Positions 47,806 to 57,043 of a stretch of DNA of 61,191 nt are shown here, in pieces. Origin of the DNA: Candidatus Micrarchaeota archaeon (GTDB lineage: Archaea; Micrarchaeota; Micrarchaeia; Anstonellales; Bilamarchaeaceae); assembly GCA_041694885.1 (NCBI GenBank), contig JBGFRX010000008.1, forward strand, positions 1 to 61,191, read 5' to 3'. The notes beneath the pieces were generated by a model, which was not told the origin of the DNA, ran no database searches, and worked only from the letters and a program-made list of their open reading frames with translations. The stretch's first letter is position 1. Each line of letters begins with the position of its first letter. Both the position numbers and the translations under genes were made by a program.

Positions 47806-48699
47806 ATGCTATCCGAACAGGATAAAAGCGACTTTATCGAAAGCGGCAAAATCACCTCGAAAGTGCGCGAAGAGTCCAAAAAACTCATAATGGTCGAGGA
47901 ATCCCTGCTCGACATCGCGGAGACGACGGAGCAGATGATACGCGAGGAAGGCGCGAAATGCGCGTTTCCCCCCAACATCTCCGTGAACGAGCAGGCAGCG
48001 CACTTCACCCCTGAAACCGGATGCAAACGGGTTCTTGGAGAGAATGACGTAGTGAAAGTGGACTTGGGTGTTTCGCTTAATGATGCGCTCACGGACACCG
48101 CCTACACTATGGATCTTTCCGGAAAATATGGAAAGTTAGTGGAAGCGAGCGAAAAGGCACTCGAGGAAGCGATAGGGTTGATGGTTCCAGGCACTAAAAT
48201 CCCGGAAATCTCCTCAAAGATAGAGGAAACAATAAAATCATTCGGCTTCCTTCCCATTTCAAACCTGACTGGGCACATGATAAGGAAAGGGCTTCTTCAC
48301 ACTGGAGTGGAAGTTCCAAACGTAAGGACCAGCGTTCCCTACACGCTGGAGCAAGGGGACATATTCGCGATAGAGCCGTTCGCGAGCACTGGAAGCGGCT
48401 TCGTACAGGACACTGACCAGATCGAGATTTTTTCTCTCATAAACCCCAAGCCGTTGCGCATGCCGCAGGCACGGAAAATCCAGGAATTCATAATGGAAGA
48501 ATATCGTTTGCTTCCTTTTGCCCAGAGGTGGCTCGACGCAGGGCACTCGCGGCTCATGGTGAATTCCGCACTGAAGGAGATGATCGCACAGAAAATAGTT
48601 ATTTCCTATCCTGTACTCAAGGATTCGGGAGACGGAATCGTAAGTCAAGCGGAGCATACGATACTGGTGGAAGAAGAGCCAGTGGTGCTTACAAGATGA
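47806..48699 (+). CDS. map: Methionine aminopeptidase type II
   Basis: AFPPNISVNE.AAHFTP, KVDLG....DALTDTA, NLTGH, AIEPFA, SQAEHT. Confidence 0.96.
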   Translation: MLSEQDKSDFIESGKITSKVREESKKLIMVEESLLDIAETTEQMIREEGAKCAFPPNISVNEQAAHFTPETGCKRVLGENDVVKVDLGVSLNDALTDTAYTMDLSGKYGKLVEASEKALEEAIGLMVPGTKIPEISSKIEETIKSFGFLPISNLTGHMIRKGLLHTGVEVPNVRTSVPYTLEQGDIFAIEPFASTGSGFVQDTDQIEIFSLINPKPLRMPQARKIQEFIMEEYRLLPFAQRWLDAGHSRLMVNSALKEMIAQKIVISYPVLKDSGDGIVSQAEHTILVEEEPVVLTR

Positions 48700-48760
48700 G
48701 GTTTTGGGTTTCGTGTCCAGTGTTTTGCGTTTTCCATTTCCTGTTCCATATGTGATAAAA

Positions 48761-49504
48761 ATGACCAACACGAAGCGCAAATACTATTCGCAGCTCGTTG
48801 AATTGCTCAGAAAGGCGGACGTTGCGATAGAGGTTGTGGATTCCCGCTTCGTAAAGGAAACGAGAATGGAGAAACTCGAGAAAAGATTTGGGAAAAAAAT
48901 CATAATAGCGGCATCCAAATCTGATTTGATTCAGAAGGGGCGTCGTGAGCCCGGCTACTTCTATTTCAGTTCGAGGACGCGCGAAGGCATAAAGGAAATA
49001 ATGAAGAAAGCATCTGAAATAGGGCGAAACAATCCATACAGGAGAACGAAGGACGTGAAAATCGTCATCTTCGGAATCCCAAACGTCGGAAAATCATCCC
49101 TCATAAACGCGATAAGGAAAAAATACGCAGCGGTAACTGGTTTTCGCGCAGGGCTCACGCATGGCCCGCAGTGGATACGCCTTTCCGAGGACACGATGCT
49201 CTGCGACACCGCCGGAGTGGTGCATCTGGGCGAAACCGAGGAGGAGATGGCGCTGAAGAGCGCCTTGGACGTAACGGAACTGAAGCGTCCGGAACAGGTT
49301 GCAGCCAGGCTGATTGCAAATGCAGGGCCTGCGCCAAATCCAATGTTCGATTACTACGGAATAGCGAAGGCGGAGGATGCCGAGGACGTTCTCACTCAGA
49401 TAGCGGGAAAAAGAGGAATGGTGCTGAAGGGCGGAGAGCCGAACATTTCAGAGGCAGCGAAGGTCCTCGTGCGCGACTATCAGAAGGGAAAATTTGTTTT
49501 ATAG
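48761..49504 (+). CDS. Circularly permuted GTPase (RbgA/YlqF family)
   Basis: SKSD (G4) precedes GIPNVGKSSLIN (G1), GLTHGPQW, DTAG. Confidence 0.92.
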   Translation: MTNTKRKYYSQLVELLRKADVAIEVVDSRFVKETRMEKLEKRFGKKIIIAASKSDLIQKGRREPGYFYFSSRTREGIKEIMKKASEIGRNNPYRRTKDVKIVIFGIPNVGKSSLINAIRKKYAAVTGFRAGLTHGPQWIRLSEDTMLCDTAGVVHLGETEEEMALKSALDVTELKRPEQVAARLIANAGPAPNPMFDYYGIAKAEDAEDVLTQIAGKRGMVLKGGEPNISEAAKVLVRDYQKGKFVL

Positions 49505-49517
49505 AAAATAAAAAATT

Positions 49518-49747
49518 CGGGCTCGGCAGGAAGACCGGTTTCCCATTCCGAAACACAGAGCGCTGAACTGGAAACTTTCGAACCCACAACCGCCCGGTTC
49601 CCACCAGAAACCAGTTTTCCGTTTCCAGTTTCGCGTTTCGGCGAAACTGAAAGTTCGGGACTGGAAACTGTCTTGAGAACTACCAGGCCACGATTGACCT
49701 GGAGCTGTCCGAAGCCGGGCGCGCTATCCGTGTTGCGCCACGAGCCC
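49518..49747 (-). tRNA. tRNA-Arg(UCG) with 110-nt 37/38 intron (49599-49708) and 45-nt T-loop 59/60 intron (49532-49576)
   Basis: GGGCUCG/CGAGCCC acceptor, G73, GCGC D-stem, CCCGG-CU-UCG-G|A-CCGGG, GUGGG-UUCGAA|U-CCUGC; both inserts have relaxed BHB geometry. Confidence 0.88.
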
Positions 49748-49837
49748 AAAAATATTCTTATTTATGCCCTGCATGTTTTATTAAGGTGGTTTCCCGTCCC
49801 AGTTTTGTTTATATTCCAAGCCCCCATAGTTGGTTTT

Positions 49838-50098
49838 ATGGACGAAAAAGAGAGATCGGAAAAGGACCTTGAGAAGCTGAAGGCGATAATTTCCTATTTC
49901 CGTGCGCAGCAGTTCGCGAAAAAATACCGTGCGCAGCTCGATTTTTCTGAGACGTATTGGAAGGATGCGGAGCACTACTACGAAAAAGACGACTATTTCG
50001 CATCCTTCGGGTGCGCCAATTACGCGTATGGCATCCTCGAAGGCATACTCCTGAAGGAAAAAGGGAAGACATTTCACGAACTAGAGGCGGAAGAATAA
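49838..50098 (+). CDS. DUF357-family protein
   Basis: YWKDAEHYYEKDDY..SFGCANYAYG.LE. Confidence 0.85.
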   Translation: MDEKERSEKDLEKLKAIISYFRAQQFAKKYRAQLDFSETYWKDAEHYYEKDDYFASFGCANYAYGILEGILLKEKGKTFHELEAEE

Positions 50099-50838
50099 TG
50101 CAACTGAAGAAATCCCTTGGCCAGCATTTCCTCAAGGACAAAAACATCCTTGCAAAGGAAGCGCGACTTCTCGACGTGAAGGGAAAAACCGTGCTCGAAA
50201 TAGGCCCGGGCGATGGACGGCTTACGGAGCAGCTTCTTCTCGAAGGCGCGAAAAAAATCATTGCTGTAGAAAAGGACTCGCGGCTGAGTGCGCTGCTGGA
50301 GCAAAAACTCCGGGGCAAGCCGGTCCAGGTAATAAATGGCGACTTTCTCGAACTGGAGCCGCAAAAATTCAAAATAGACAGGATAGCAGGCAACATCCCC
50401 TATTACATCTCGGGTCCCATTCTCTTCAAACTGAAGGAATACGAATTCGAAACCGCAGTTCTGATGGTGCAGGAGGAATTCGCGAGAAAGATGGTGGCGA
50501 AGCCGGGAAGCAGCACCTATAGCCGGCTTAGCGTTACCTCGCAATTGTTTTACGAAATAAAGTACGTGCAGAAAGTGCCTGCGCGCCTTTTCACCCCAGC
50601 TCCAAAAGTGGATTCCGCAATAATTATTCTCAAAAAGACGCATCGACAGATGAGCCCGAAAGCCGAGGAGATAATCCGCGCCCTTTTCCAGCACAAGAAC
50701 AAGACAGTGAGGAACGCACTGTTTGACGCCAGCTTCGGAAAGGCTGATGTGGAGAAGCTCAGTGGATTCCTGAAATTGCGTCCGAGGGAGCTCGGGCTCG
50801 CGCTCATAGTTGAAATATGCGAAAAGTTGGAAAGATAA
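50098..50838 (+). CDS. rsmA: 16S rRNA m62A dimethyltransferase KsgA/Dim1
   Basis: KKSLGQHFL, VLEIGPG.G, VEKD, GNIPYYIS, MVQEEFA, F.PAPKVDS. Confidence 0.96.
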   Translation: MQLKKSLGQHFLKDKNILAKEARLLDVKGKTVLEIGPGDGRLTEQLLLEGAKKIIAVEKDSRLSALLEQKLRGKPVQVINGDFLELEPQKFKIDRIAGNIPYYISGPILFKLKEYEFETAVLMVQEEFARKMVAKPGSSTYSRLSVTSQLFYEIKYVQKVPARLFTPAPKVDSAIIILKKTHRQMSPKAEEIIRALFQHKNKTVRNALFDASFGKADVEKLSGFLKLRPRELGLALIVEICEKLER

Positions 50839-50885
50839 AAAACAAAATAAAAAAGGAAACACGCCGTTAGTTCGAATCAGGAATT

Positions 50886-51041
50886 TTAGAACCTGCTCGG
50901 CTTGTGTTTCTTGTAGCATTCCCTGCAGTAAACAGGTCTGCCTTCCTTCGGCTGGAAAGGAACCTCACACGCAGCTCCGCAATCAGAGCACGTTGCCGGA
51001 TACATCGGCCTGTCCCCACCAGGGCCACTTCCATATGCCAT
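50886..51041 (-). CDS. CxxC-x17-CxxC zinc-ribbon protein (51 aa; not in the ORF track)
   Basis: MAYGSGPGGDRPMYPATCSDCGAACEVPFQPKEGRPVYCRECYKKHKPSRF; AGGTGA SD. Confidence 0.92.
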   Translation of the reverse strand: MAYGSGPGGDRPMYPATCSDCGAACEVPFQPKEGRPVYCRECYKKHKPSRF

Positions 51042-51202
51042 TTTTTCACCTATGTCGTTTAGAAAACCTGCTTCAGAAGAATTAGATCGCTACGTTTTTG
51101 ACGTTTCTTTCTACCACTCTGCTCTCGGCGCACCCGCTTGGGGCGCTTCTCTAAACCAAATTATATGGGGCTTAGCCCATATATAAACTTATGTTTTCGT
51201 CC

Positions 51203-51273
51203 GGCTTCATCCAGTAATCCGAAACACGTCTGTTTTTGCGAACCGGAACAGAGGATAAGTTCATGCGCGTATT
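51203..51273 (-). repeat. 71-bp dispersed repeat, copy B
   Basis: Reverse complement matches 13616-13686 with 3 mismatches. Confidence 0.9.
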
Positions 51274-51397
51274 CTGCATTATCCGGGCATGGGAAACCTC
51301 AGGAATTTTCGGGAAGTCCGCACGTTCAAAGCGAAGATTTCATAGGATGTCGCCACGCGCTAACTAATATTTAAATTTAATAGTGCAAACCGTGTAC

Positions 51398-53959
51398 ATG
51401 TTTCATGCGAAGAGCGCAGAGGAGGTGCTGCGGGAGCTGCGGAGTGCAGAAAGCGGGCTGAACGAAAGGGAGGCTGAATTACGGCTTGGCGCCTACGGAC
51501 CCAACGAATTCGGTAAAGGGAAGCCGAGGACGCTGCTTGACCTGCTCGCGAACCAGTTCAGGAACTACCTGCTCGTCCTTCTCATAATTGCCTCGCTGGT
51601 CGCATACTCCATAGGCCATTACCACGATGCTGCTGCGATAGGGGTTGTAGTGGTGCTCAACGTGATTTTCGGCATGGCGCTTGAATATAAGGCGGACAGG
51701 AGCATGGAGGAATTGAAAAAACTGGCGGAAACAAAAGCAGTGGTGAAACGGAATGGGGAAAGGAAGTACGTGGATTCGCGGCTCATAGTTCCGGGGGACA
51801 TAACATACTTGGAGGAGGGCGCGAAAGTTCCTGCTGATGCGCGGCTGCTCGAGGCGCACGACCTGGAGATGAACGAGGCGTCGCTTACAGGCGAATCCAT
51901 GCCCGTCGGAAAGAACGTGGGCAAGGTCGCTGGGGAAACGCCACTCGCGGAAAGGAGCTGCATGCTTTTCGCAGGAACGTTCGTCGCGCGGGGAAGCGCG
52001 AAAGCGGTTGTTGTTGCAACAGGAACAAATACAGAATTCGGGCAGATAGAAAAAACCCTCGGAAAAGTGAAAGAAGAGGCAACAACGCTGGAAAAGACGC
52101 TCGCAGAGCTCGGAAAAACAATAACCCTCGCATCGTTCATTATAGTTGGAGTGCTTTTTGCAGCTGGAATCGCATTCGGGAAATGGAATGTGGAGGACCT
52201 GTTTGTGTATTCGGTTTCAGTTATAGTCGCAGCTGTGCCCGAGGGAATGCTCACAATACTCACACTCGTACTCGCAATAGGAGTGAAGAACATGGCTAAC
52301 GAGAAAGCGTTAGTTCGCCGGCTCCAGTCAGTGGAAACGCTCGGGAACATAACCTTCATCGCAACGGACAAGACGGGAACGATCACTGAGGGAAGGATGG
52401 CGCTCGTGAAAATTTATGACGCGGCGCGCAAAGAACTTGCGGACTTTTCCGAATTGAACGGGACAGAGCGACTGCTTTCCTATTCCTACTTGTGCAACAA
52501 CGCGCACCTCACTGACGAAGGGGTTGTGGGCGACGAGACGGACAGGGCATTCCTCATTGCGGGAATCGTGAAAGGGATAAATGTGAGGCATTTCAAGCAG
52601 ATATCCCCTGCGCTCGCGTTCAGCCCATTCGATTCGGTGAAAAAGACGATGTCCGGGGTGTATGAAGTAGGAGGAAAGAAAATTGCGATAGTGAAGGGTG
52701 CTCCTGAATCGGTGCTCGGGATGTGCAGCGCGGTTGAGAGGAAGGGGAAAGCGAATAGACTGGATGAAAGGAAGAAAAAGGAAATACTCCGGAATATGGA
52801 GGTGCTTGCGAACGAAGGAATGCGCGTGATTGCAATTGCGTACAGAAAGCCGAATAGAAATAAGGTACCTGAGGAAGGATTTACGTTTTTGGGGCTGCTC
52901 GCACTCCACGACCCTGTAAGGGCAGAGGTAAAGGAAACGGTAAGGGTGTGCAGGAAAGCAGGAATACGCGTGCTCATGATGACAGGGGACAATCTGTCCA
53001 CTGCTGAAAAAATAGCTGTCCAGGCAGGCCTGAAGAACGGAGAGGGGATTATGAACTGGAGCGAGCTCGAGCGCATGAACGATGCGGAACTGGACGGGGC
53101 GCTGAAGCATATAAGTGTAATCGCAAGAGCAACTCCTGCGTCCAAGCTGAGGATAGTGGAGCGGCTTGTGAAGCAGGGCGAGATAGTTGCTGTGAGCGGA
53201 GACGGGGTCAATGATGCGCTTGCGCTCAAGAAGGCGCATGTAGCAGTTGTGATGGGAAAGACAGGTACTGATGTGAGCAAGGAAGTGGCTGACCTCGTAC
53301 TCATGGACGACAATTTCGCCACGCTCGAGAAGGCAGTGGAGTACGGGAGGGGAATCGCGAACAATATCACGAATTTCCTCAGGTTCCAGATAACCACTAA
53401 TTTGGCACTCGTGCTGCTTTCTATTCCATATGTGCTGGGGATAAAGCTCCTCGAGCCGGCGCACATATTATGGATAAATCTCATAATAGACGGCCCGCCG
53501 GCGCTCACGCTCGGGCTCGAGAAACCGGGCGCGGAAATAATGGAGCAGAAGCCTAAGAGGAAGGCGGTCATGATAGACAGGGAATTCGCGTTCGGCGTGC
53601 TCAACATGGCACTGTACATGACTGCGGTGTCCATCCTTATCTATTTCTACTATTTGAAAGCACAGCCGGAAAAGGCGATCACGATGGTATTCAGCACGTT
53701 CGCGTTCATGCAGGCGTTCAACGCGCTCAATTCCCGCTCCGTAAAAGAGCATTTCTATTCCTCCCTGTTTTCGAACAAGTGGCTTCTGCTCGCTGTTTTC
53801 GCAGTGGCGCTCGCGCAGCTCACAATGATTTTCTTCGCTCCGCTCGGCGAACTTTTCGGCACCGTGCGCCTGTCGGTTTCAGACATCCTTGTCATGTTCG
53901 TCGCCTCTGCATCGGTGCTTGTGGTCGGGGAAGTGAGGAAGATGCTCGCAAAGAATTAG
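51398..53959 (+). CDS. P-type ATPase, P2A (Ca2+-transporting) type
   Basis: LTGES, AAVPEG, DKTGT, DPVR, MTGD, GDGVND, INL..DGPPA. Confidence 0.96.
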   Translation: MFHAKSAEEVLRELRSAESGLNEREAELRLGAYGPNEFGKGKPRTLLDLLANQFRNYLLVLLIIASLVAYSIGHYHDAAAIGVVVVLNVIFGMALEYKADRSMEELKKLAETKAVVKRNGERKYVDSRLIVPGDITYLEEGAKVPADARLLEAHDLEMNEASLTGESMPVGKNVGKVAGETPLAERSCMLFAGTFVARGSAKAVVVATGTNTEFGQIEKTLGKVKEEATTLEKTLAELGKTITLASFIIVGVLFAAGIAFGKWNVEDLFVYSVSVIVAAVPEGMLTILTLVLAIGVKNMANEKALVRRLQSVETLGNITFIATDKTGTITEGRMALVKIYDAARKELADFSELNGTERLLSYSYLCNNAHLTDEGVVGDETDRAFLIAGIVKGINVRHFKQISPALAFSPFDSVKKTMSGVYEVGGKKIAIVKGAPESVLGMCSAVERKGKANRLDERKKKEILRNMEVLANEGMRVIAIAYRKPNRNKVPEEGFTFLGLLALHDPVRAEVKETVRVCRKAGIRVLMMTGDNLSTAEKIAVQAGLKNGEGIMNWSELERMNDAELDGALKHISVIARATPASKLRIVERLVKQGEIVAVSGDGVNDALALKKAHVAVVMGKTGTDVSKEVADLVLMDDNFATLEKAVEYGRGIANNITNFLRFQITTNLALVLLSIPYVLGIKLLEPAHILWINLIIDGPPALTLGLEKPGAEIMEQKPKRKAVMIDREFAFGVLNMALYMTAVSILIYFYYLKAQPEKAITMVFSTFAFMQAFNALNSRSVKEHFYSSLFSNKWLLLAVFAVALAQLTMIFFAPLGELFGTVRLSVSDILVMFVASASVLVVGEVRKMLAKN

Positions 53960-54001
53960 TTTTCGGGAAAATAGCGGTAATCGAAAGAAAATAAGAGAAA
54001 T

Positions 54002-55180
54002 TTATAGGACTACGTAAACATTTCCTTTTTTACCTATCGTGATTGCTGTCTCTCCTGAAAACGCGAATGTCTTAACCTGGCCCTTCACCACCTTTATCTT
54101 CATTCCGGACCTTACTTCGCTTCCTCTTCCCTCGAAAAGGTAGATTATACCCTCGCTTCCGTCGCTATCGTTCATAATTATGCGCGCATAACTATCTTTT
54201 TTCGTCTTCGTCCTCGGATACTCACCTCTTTCCGCGGATTTCACAACAAGGAGATCAGTATTGACGTTCCTCATTCCGTTCCTGAGCTCAGTGAGGTGGG
54301 TTATGTTCTCCGCTCTGAAGCGCTGCTTCGCCAGCCGGAATGCAAGGTTCACATCATCCTGAAGCTGCTTCACGAGCCGTTGGCTCTGCTGGTACATCAT
54401 TTCCTCGTCTCCTTCCGAAGCCATCATTATATCGTACGCTTTGCGGAAAACGCTCCTGTCTGCGCTTCCTGACCCGGATGGAATTTCCCTGCTTATCTCT
54501 TCTTCCTCTTCCTCCAGACCGGAAAGATCGCGTGCTATTTTGGATGTGTCTGCCCTTGTCCCCACTTCCTCAAGTACAGCTGAGGGCTCTTCTGCATGCT
54601 TTGCGGGCGTTTCCCGTATTGCCCGCACCTCGGCCATTTCCGCTGCTCTCACATGCCTGTCCTCGAACATCAATTTGTCCAGCCCTGAAAGAACGTCCGC
54701 ATAGGAAGTTAACATCCTCTGTATGCTTCTCTCACGCTTCTGCGAATCATCCGGCTTTGAGCCCACTGCGTTCATGTATATCTTCTCTATCGTGGGCATC
54801 ATCCTGTCTTTCACGAGCGCTGCCTTCGCCTTCCCAAGCTTCTTCTCGAATATCTGCTCCACTGGCGAGAGGAGCTTTCTCTTCTTCAAATCATCCGCGG
54901 GCATGGGCTGCGCCACTGCCTCTTTTTCCGCAGCAGCGCCGAATATTTCCGCGAAAGAAATTACATCCTTGTCCGTGCTCGGCTTCTTGGAGAGGATTTC
55001 CCTTGCAGCTGCCTTCACGGATTCATCCTTGTCGTAGGAGAGCTCGAGTAGGGCGAAAAGCGCTGCGGGCTCATCGCTTTCCGCGAGCTTTAGCGCCGCC
55101 TCCTTCCTCACCTTGGGACTCTCATCGAATGTAAGAGATACGATTTTCTGGAGCTCTTTCTCCTTCTCCTTTTTGTCCAT
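54002..55180 (-). CDS. HEAT-repeat / coiled-coil protein with C-terminal SSB-like OB fold
   Basis: N-terminal DESPKVRKEAALKLA / DKDESVKAAA HEAT repeats. C-terminal NITHLTELRNGMRNVN..MNDSDGS..IYLF..GMKIKVVKG..F resembles single-OB archaeal SSB. Confidence 0.7.
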   Translation of the reverse strand: MDKKEKEKELQKIVSLTFDESPKVRKEAALKLAESDEPAALFALLELSYDKDESVKAAAREILSKKPSTDKDVISFAEIFGAAAEKEAVAQPMPADDLKKRKLLSPVEQIFEKKLGKAKAALVKDRMMPTIEKIYMNAVGSKPDDSQKRERSIQRMLTSYADVLSGLDKLMFEDRHVRAAEMAEVRAIRETPAKHAEEPSAVLEEVGTRADTSKIARDLSGLEEEEEEISREIPSGSGSADRSVFRKAYDIMMASEGDEEMMYQQSQRLVKQLQDDVNLAFRLAKQRFRAENITHLTELRNGMRNVNTDLLVVKSAERGEYPRTKTKKDSYARIIMNDSDGSEGIIYLFEGRGSEVRSGMKIKVVKGQVKTFAFSGETAITIGKKGNVYVVL

Positions 55181-55270
55181 GCTATGCACCTTGAGCTCTA
55201 ATCCCAGGGGCTTTGCGTCAAAATTGTTATAAGCTGCAGGTTATAAAAATGCGCGCCCGGAAAGTATGGC

Positions 55271-55603
55271 ATGGCGATCGATGCAGTTCATGCAATCGGG
55301 CATATTTCCGTGTTCCTTATCCTTCTTATCCCTCTTTATATCATCTTTGGAATACTCAGGTGCTATAAAGGGAAGTTCGCGAAGGTGTTTGTGCTTCTCG
55401 TTCTTAGTCTTATTCCCATGGCGCTTTTCCATTTCCTCGAGTCGCTGGCTTATTTCGGAATTGAAGTCGTACCAATGGAATATGGGGAATGGCTCGAGCA
55501 CGCTGTTGCCGCGATCGCGGTGCTCGCGGTTGGAGGCTTCCTTTATTGGTTCGATTCGCACTATATCAGGCCGTTGTACGCATTCGGCAGAAAAAAGAAA
55601 TAA
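55271..55603 (+). CDS. Hypothetical membrane protein
   Basis: 110 aa, 3 TM segments. Confidence 0.7.
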   Translation: MAIDAVHAIGHISVFLILLIPLYIIFGILRCYKGKFAKVFVLLVLSLIPMALFHFLESLAYFGIEVVPMEYGEWLEHAVAAIAVLAVGGFLYWFDSHYIRPLYAFGRKKK

Positions 55604-55604
55604 A

Positions 55605-56288
55605 TTACAATCTTTCCCCTATGAGCCGGAAAAGGTTGAGCAGAGCCTTTGCCTCGTGTTCGTTTATCTGCGCACGTGAGATTATTCTCCTGAATGCGAC
55701 TGATGCGCGCATGTTCCTCCTTTTGAATCTGCCCGAGATTTCGGAAAAATATCTTTTCAATGCGACTATTTCGCTTTCGTGCGCAGGTCGTTCGACCGAC
55801 TCGGACTTGAATTTTGAAATTGAATAAAGGATTACTGCTGCTGCGTGGGAAATATTCAGTACCGGGTATTGCGGCGCGGCTTCTATGTGCAGAAGAATAT
55901 CGCACCTGTCCAATTCGTCTTTGTTGAGCCCTGTGCCTTCCCTTCCGAATACGAGTGCGACCTTTTTGCCTTCGTAATAGTTGATTTTTCTTAGAAATTC
56001 GCGCAGGAAAACCGCGCTGCGTATCGTGCCCCTGTTCCTCATTTTTATACCGGTGGTACCGATTACAAAATCGCAGCCCTTTGCTGCATCTTCAAACGAA
56101 TTTGCTATTTTCGCATTTTCCAGAACGTCCTTCGCGTGCTTCGCTCCTTTGTACGCATCTATGCCTCGCACTTCGCAGCGGGGATTGACTAAAGTTAGTT
56201 CAGAAAAGCCGAAATTCTTCATAACGCGGCATAATGCACCTGTATTGGCGGAGTATCCAGGCTCGACAAATACAACGCGAACGTTCAT
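55605..56288 (-). CDS. SPOUT tRNA methyltransferase (TrmJ/LasT-like)
   Basis: VVFVEP....NTGALCRVMKNFG, GAKHA.DVLE, FGRE.TGL...EL..CD, YPVLNISHA. Confidence 0.93.
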   Translation of the reverse strand: MNVRVVFVEPGYSANTGALCRVMKNFGFSELTLVNPRCEVRGIDAYKGAKHAKDVLENAKIANSFEDAAKGCDFVIGTTGIKMRNRGTIRSAVFLREFLRKINYYEGKKVALVFGREGTGLNKDELDRCDILLHIEAAPQYPVLNISHAAAVILYSISKFKSESVERPAHESEIVALKRYFSEISGRFKRRNMRASVAFRRIISRAQINEHEAKALLNLFRLIGERL

Positions 56289-56373
56289 GGTATAAGGCAA
56301 CTGCAACTCATTTTAAAACATTCCGCTGCAAGAATTATTTGCCAATTTTTCCCTTTTAACAAATATAAGTGAT

Positions 56374-56901
56374 ATGATGGCTAAAGAAAGGATGAACTCG
56401 AAGGAATATGTGGAGAATTCCATAAAGGAGCTCAAGGCAAGGAAGGCAGGGTTCCTGGAAAAGATAGGTAAACTCAACGGCAGGCTCAGGTACAAGGAGT
56501 ACGAGAAAAAGGCGCTCGAGCCGTTCCTCGAACAGACCAAGAACGTGAGGGTAGGCCCTCTCAGGAAGGCGCTCAGGGATCTCGAAACGAGGATAGCGAC
56601 GCAGGCGTATACCCCTAAAATAGAGAAGGAACTCGTAAAGGAGGTTAAGAAGATCGAGGTGGAACTCGCGAAGGTCTCTGAAGTGGAGTGGGCGAGGAGG
56701 AAGAAGATGCTTGTGGATGGGGACATAGAGCGGGCGAGAAAGGAAATTGCTGCTATAGAGCCGGAGCTCAGGAAGATACGGAAGGAACTGGATGATTTTT
56801 ACGAGGACATGCGCTCTTCGCGGAAGGAGGCGAAGGTAATGAAGACGAAGGGCGACCACACACTTACGCTCGAAGAGATTGCGGTTTTCGAAAAAAAGTA
56901 G
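56374..56901 (+). CDS. Coiled-coil protein
   Basis: Heptad-rich Glu/Lys sequence; C-terminal LTLEEI. Confidence 0.75.
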   Translation: MMAKERMNSKEYVENSIKELKARKAGFLEKIGKLNGRLRYKEYEKKALEPFLEQTKNVRVGPLRKALRDLETRIATQAYTPKIEKELVKEVKKIEVELAKVSEVEWARRKKMLVDGDIERARKEIAAIEPELRKIRKELDDFYEDMRSSRKEAKVMKTKGDHTLTLEEIAVFEKK

Positions 56902-57043
56902 ATGTTCCGTTTCACCAGAAGAATTTTCCCGTTTTGGATTATCACCGCGTCTGCTGCGATTTGGCGCATGCATCGTATTCGAACTTAATGTATTTTAATT
57001 GGCTTCCAATCAAATTAAAATTTCATTAATCGGTGAAAAATTC

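Noticed and set aside
49518-49747. Plus-strand SRP RNA or RNase P interpretation
   Set aside because: No helix-8 or GAGGAAAGUCC motif; the minus-strand tRNA-Arg model explains the whole segment.
52328-53634. 378-aa and 382-aa minus-strand ORFs
   Set aside because: Antisense shadows of the P-type ATPase.
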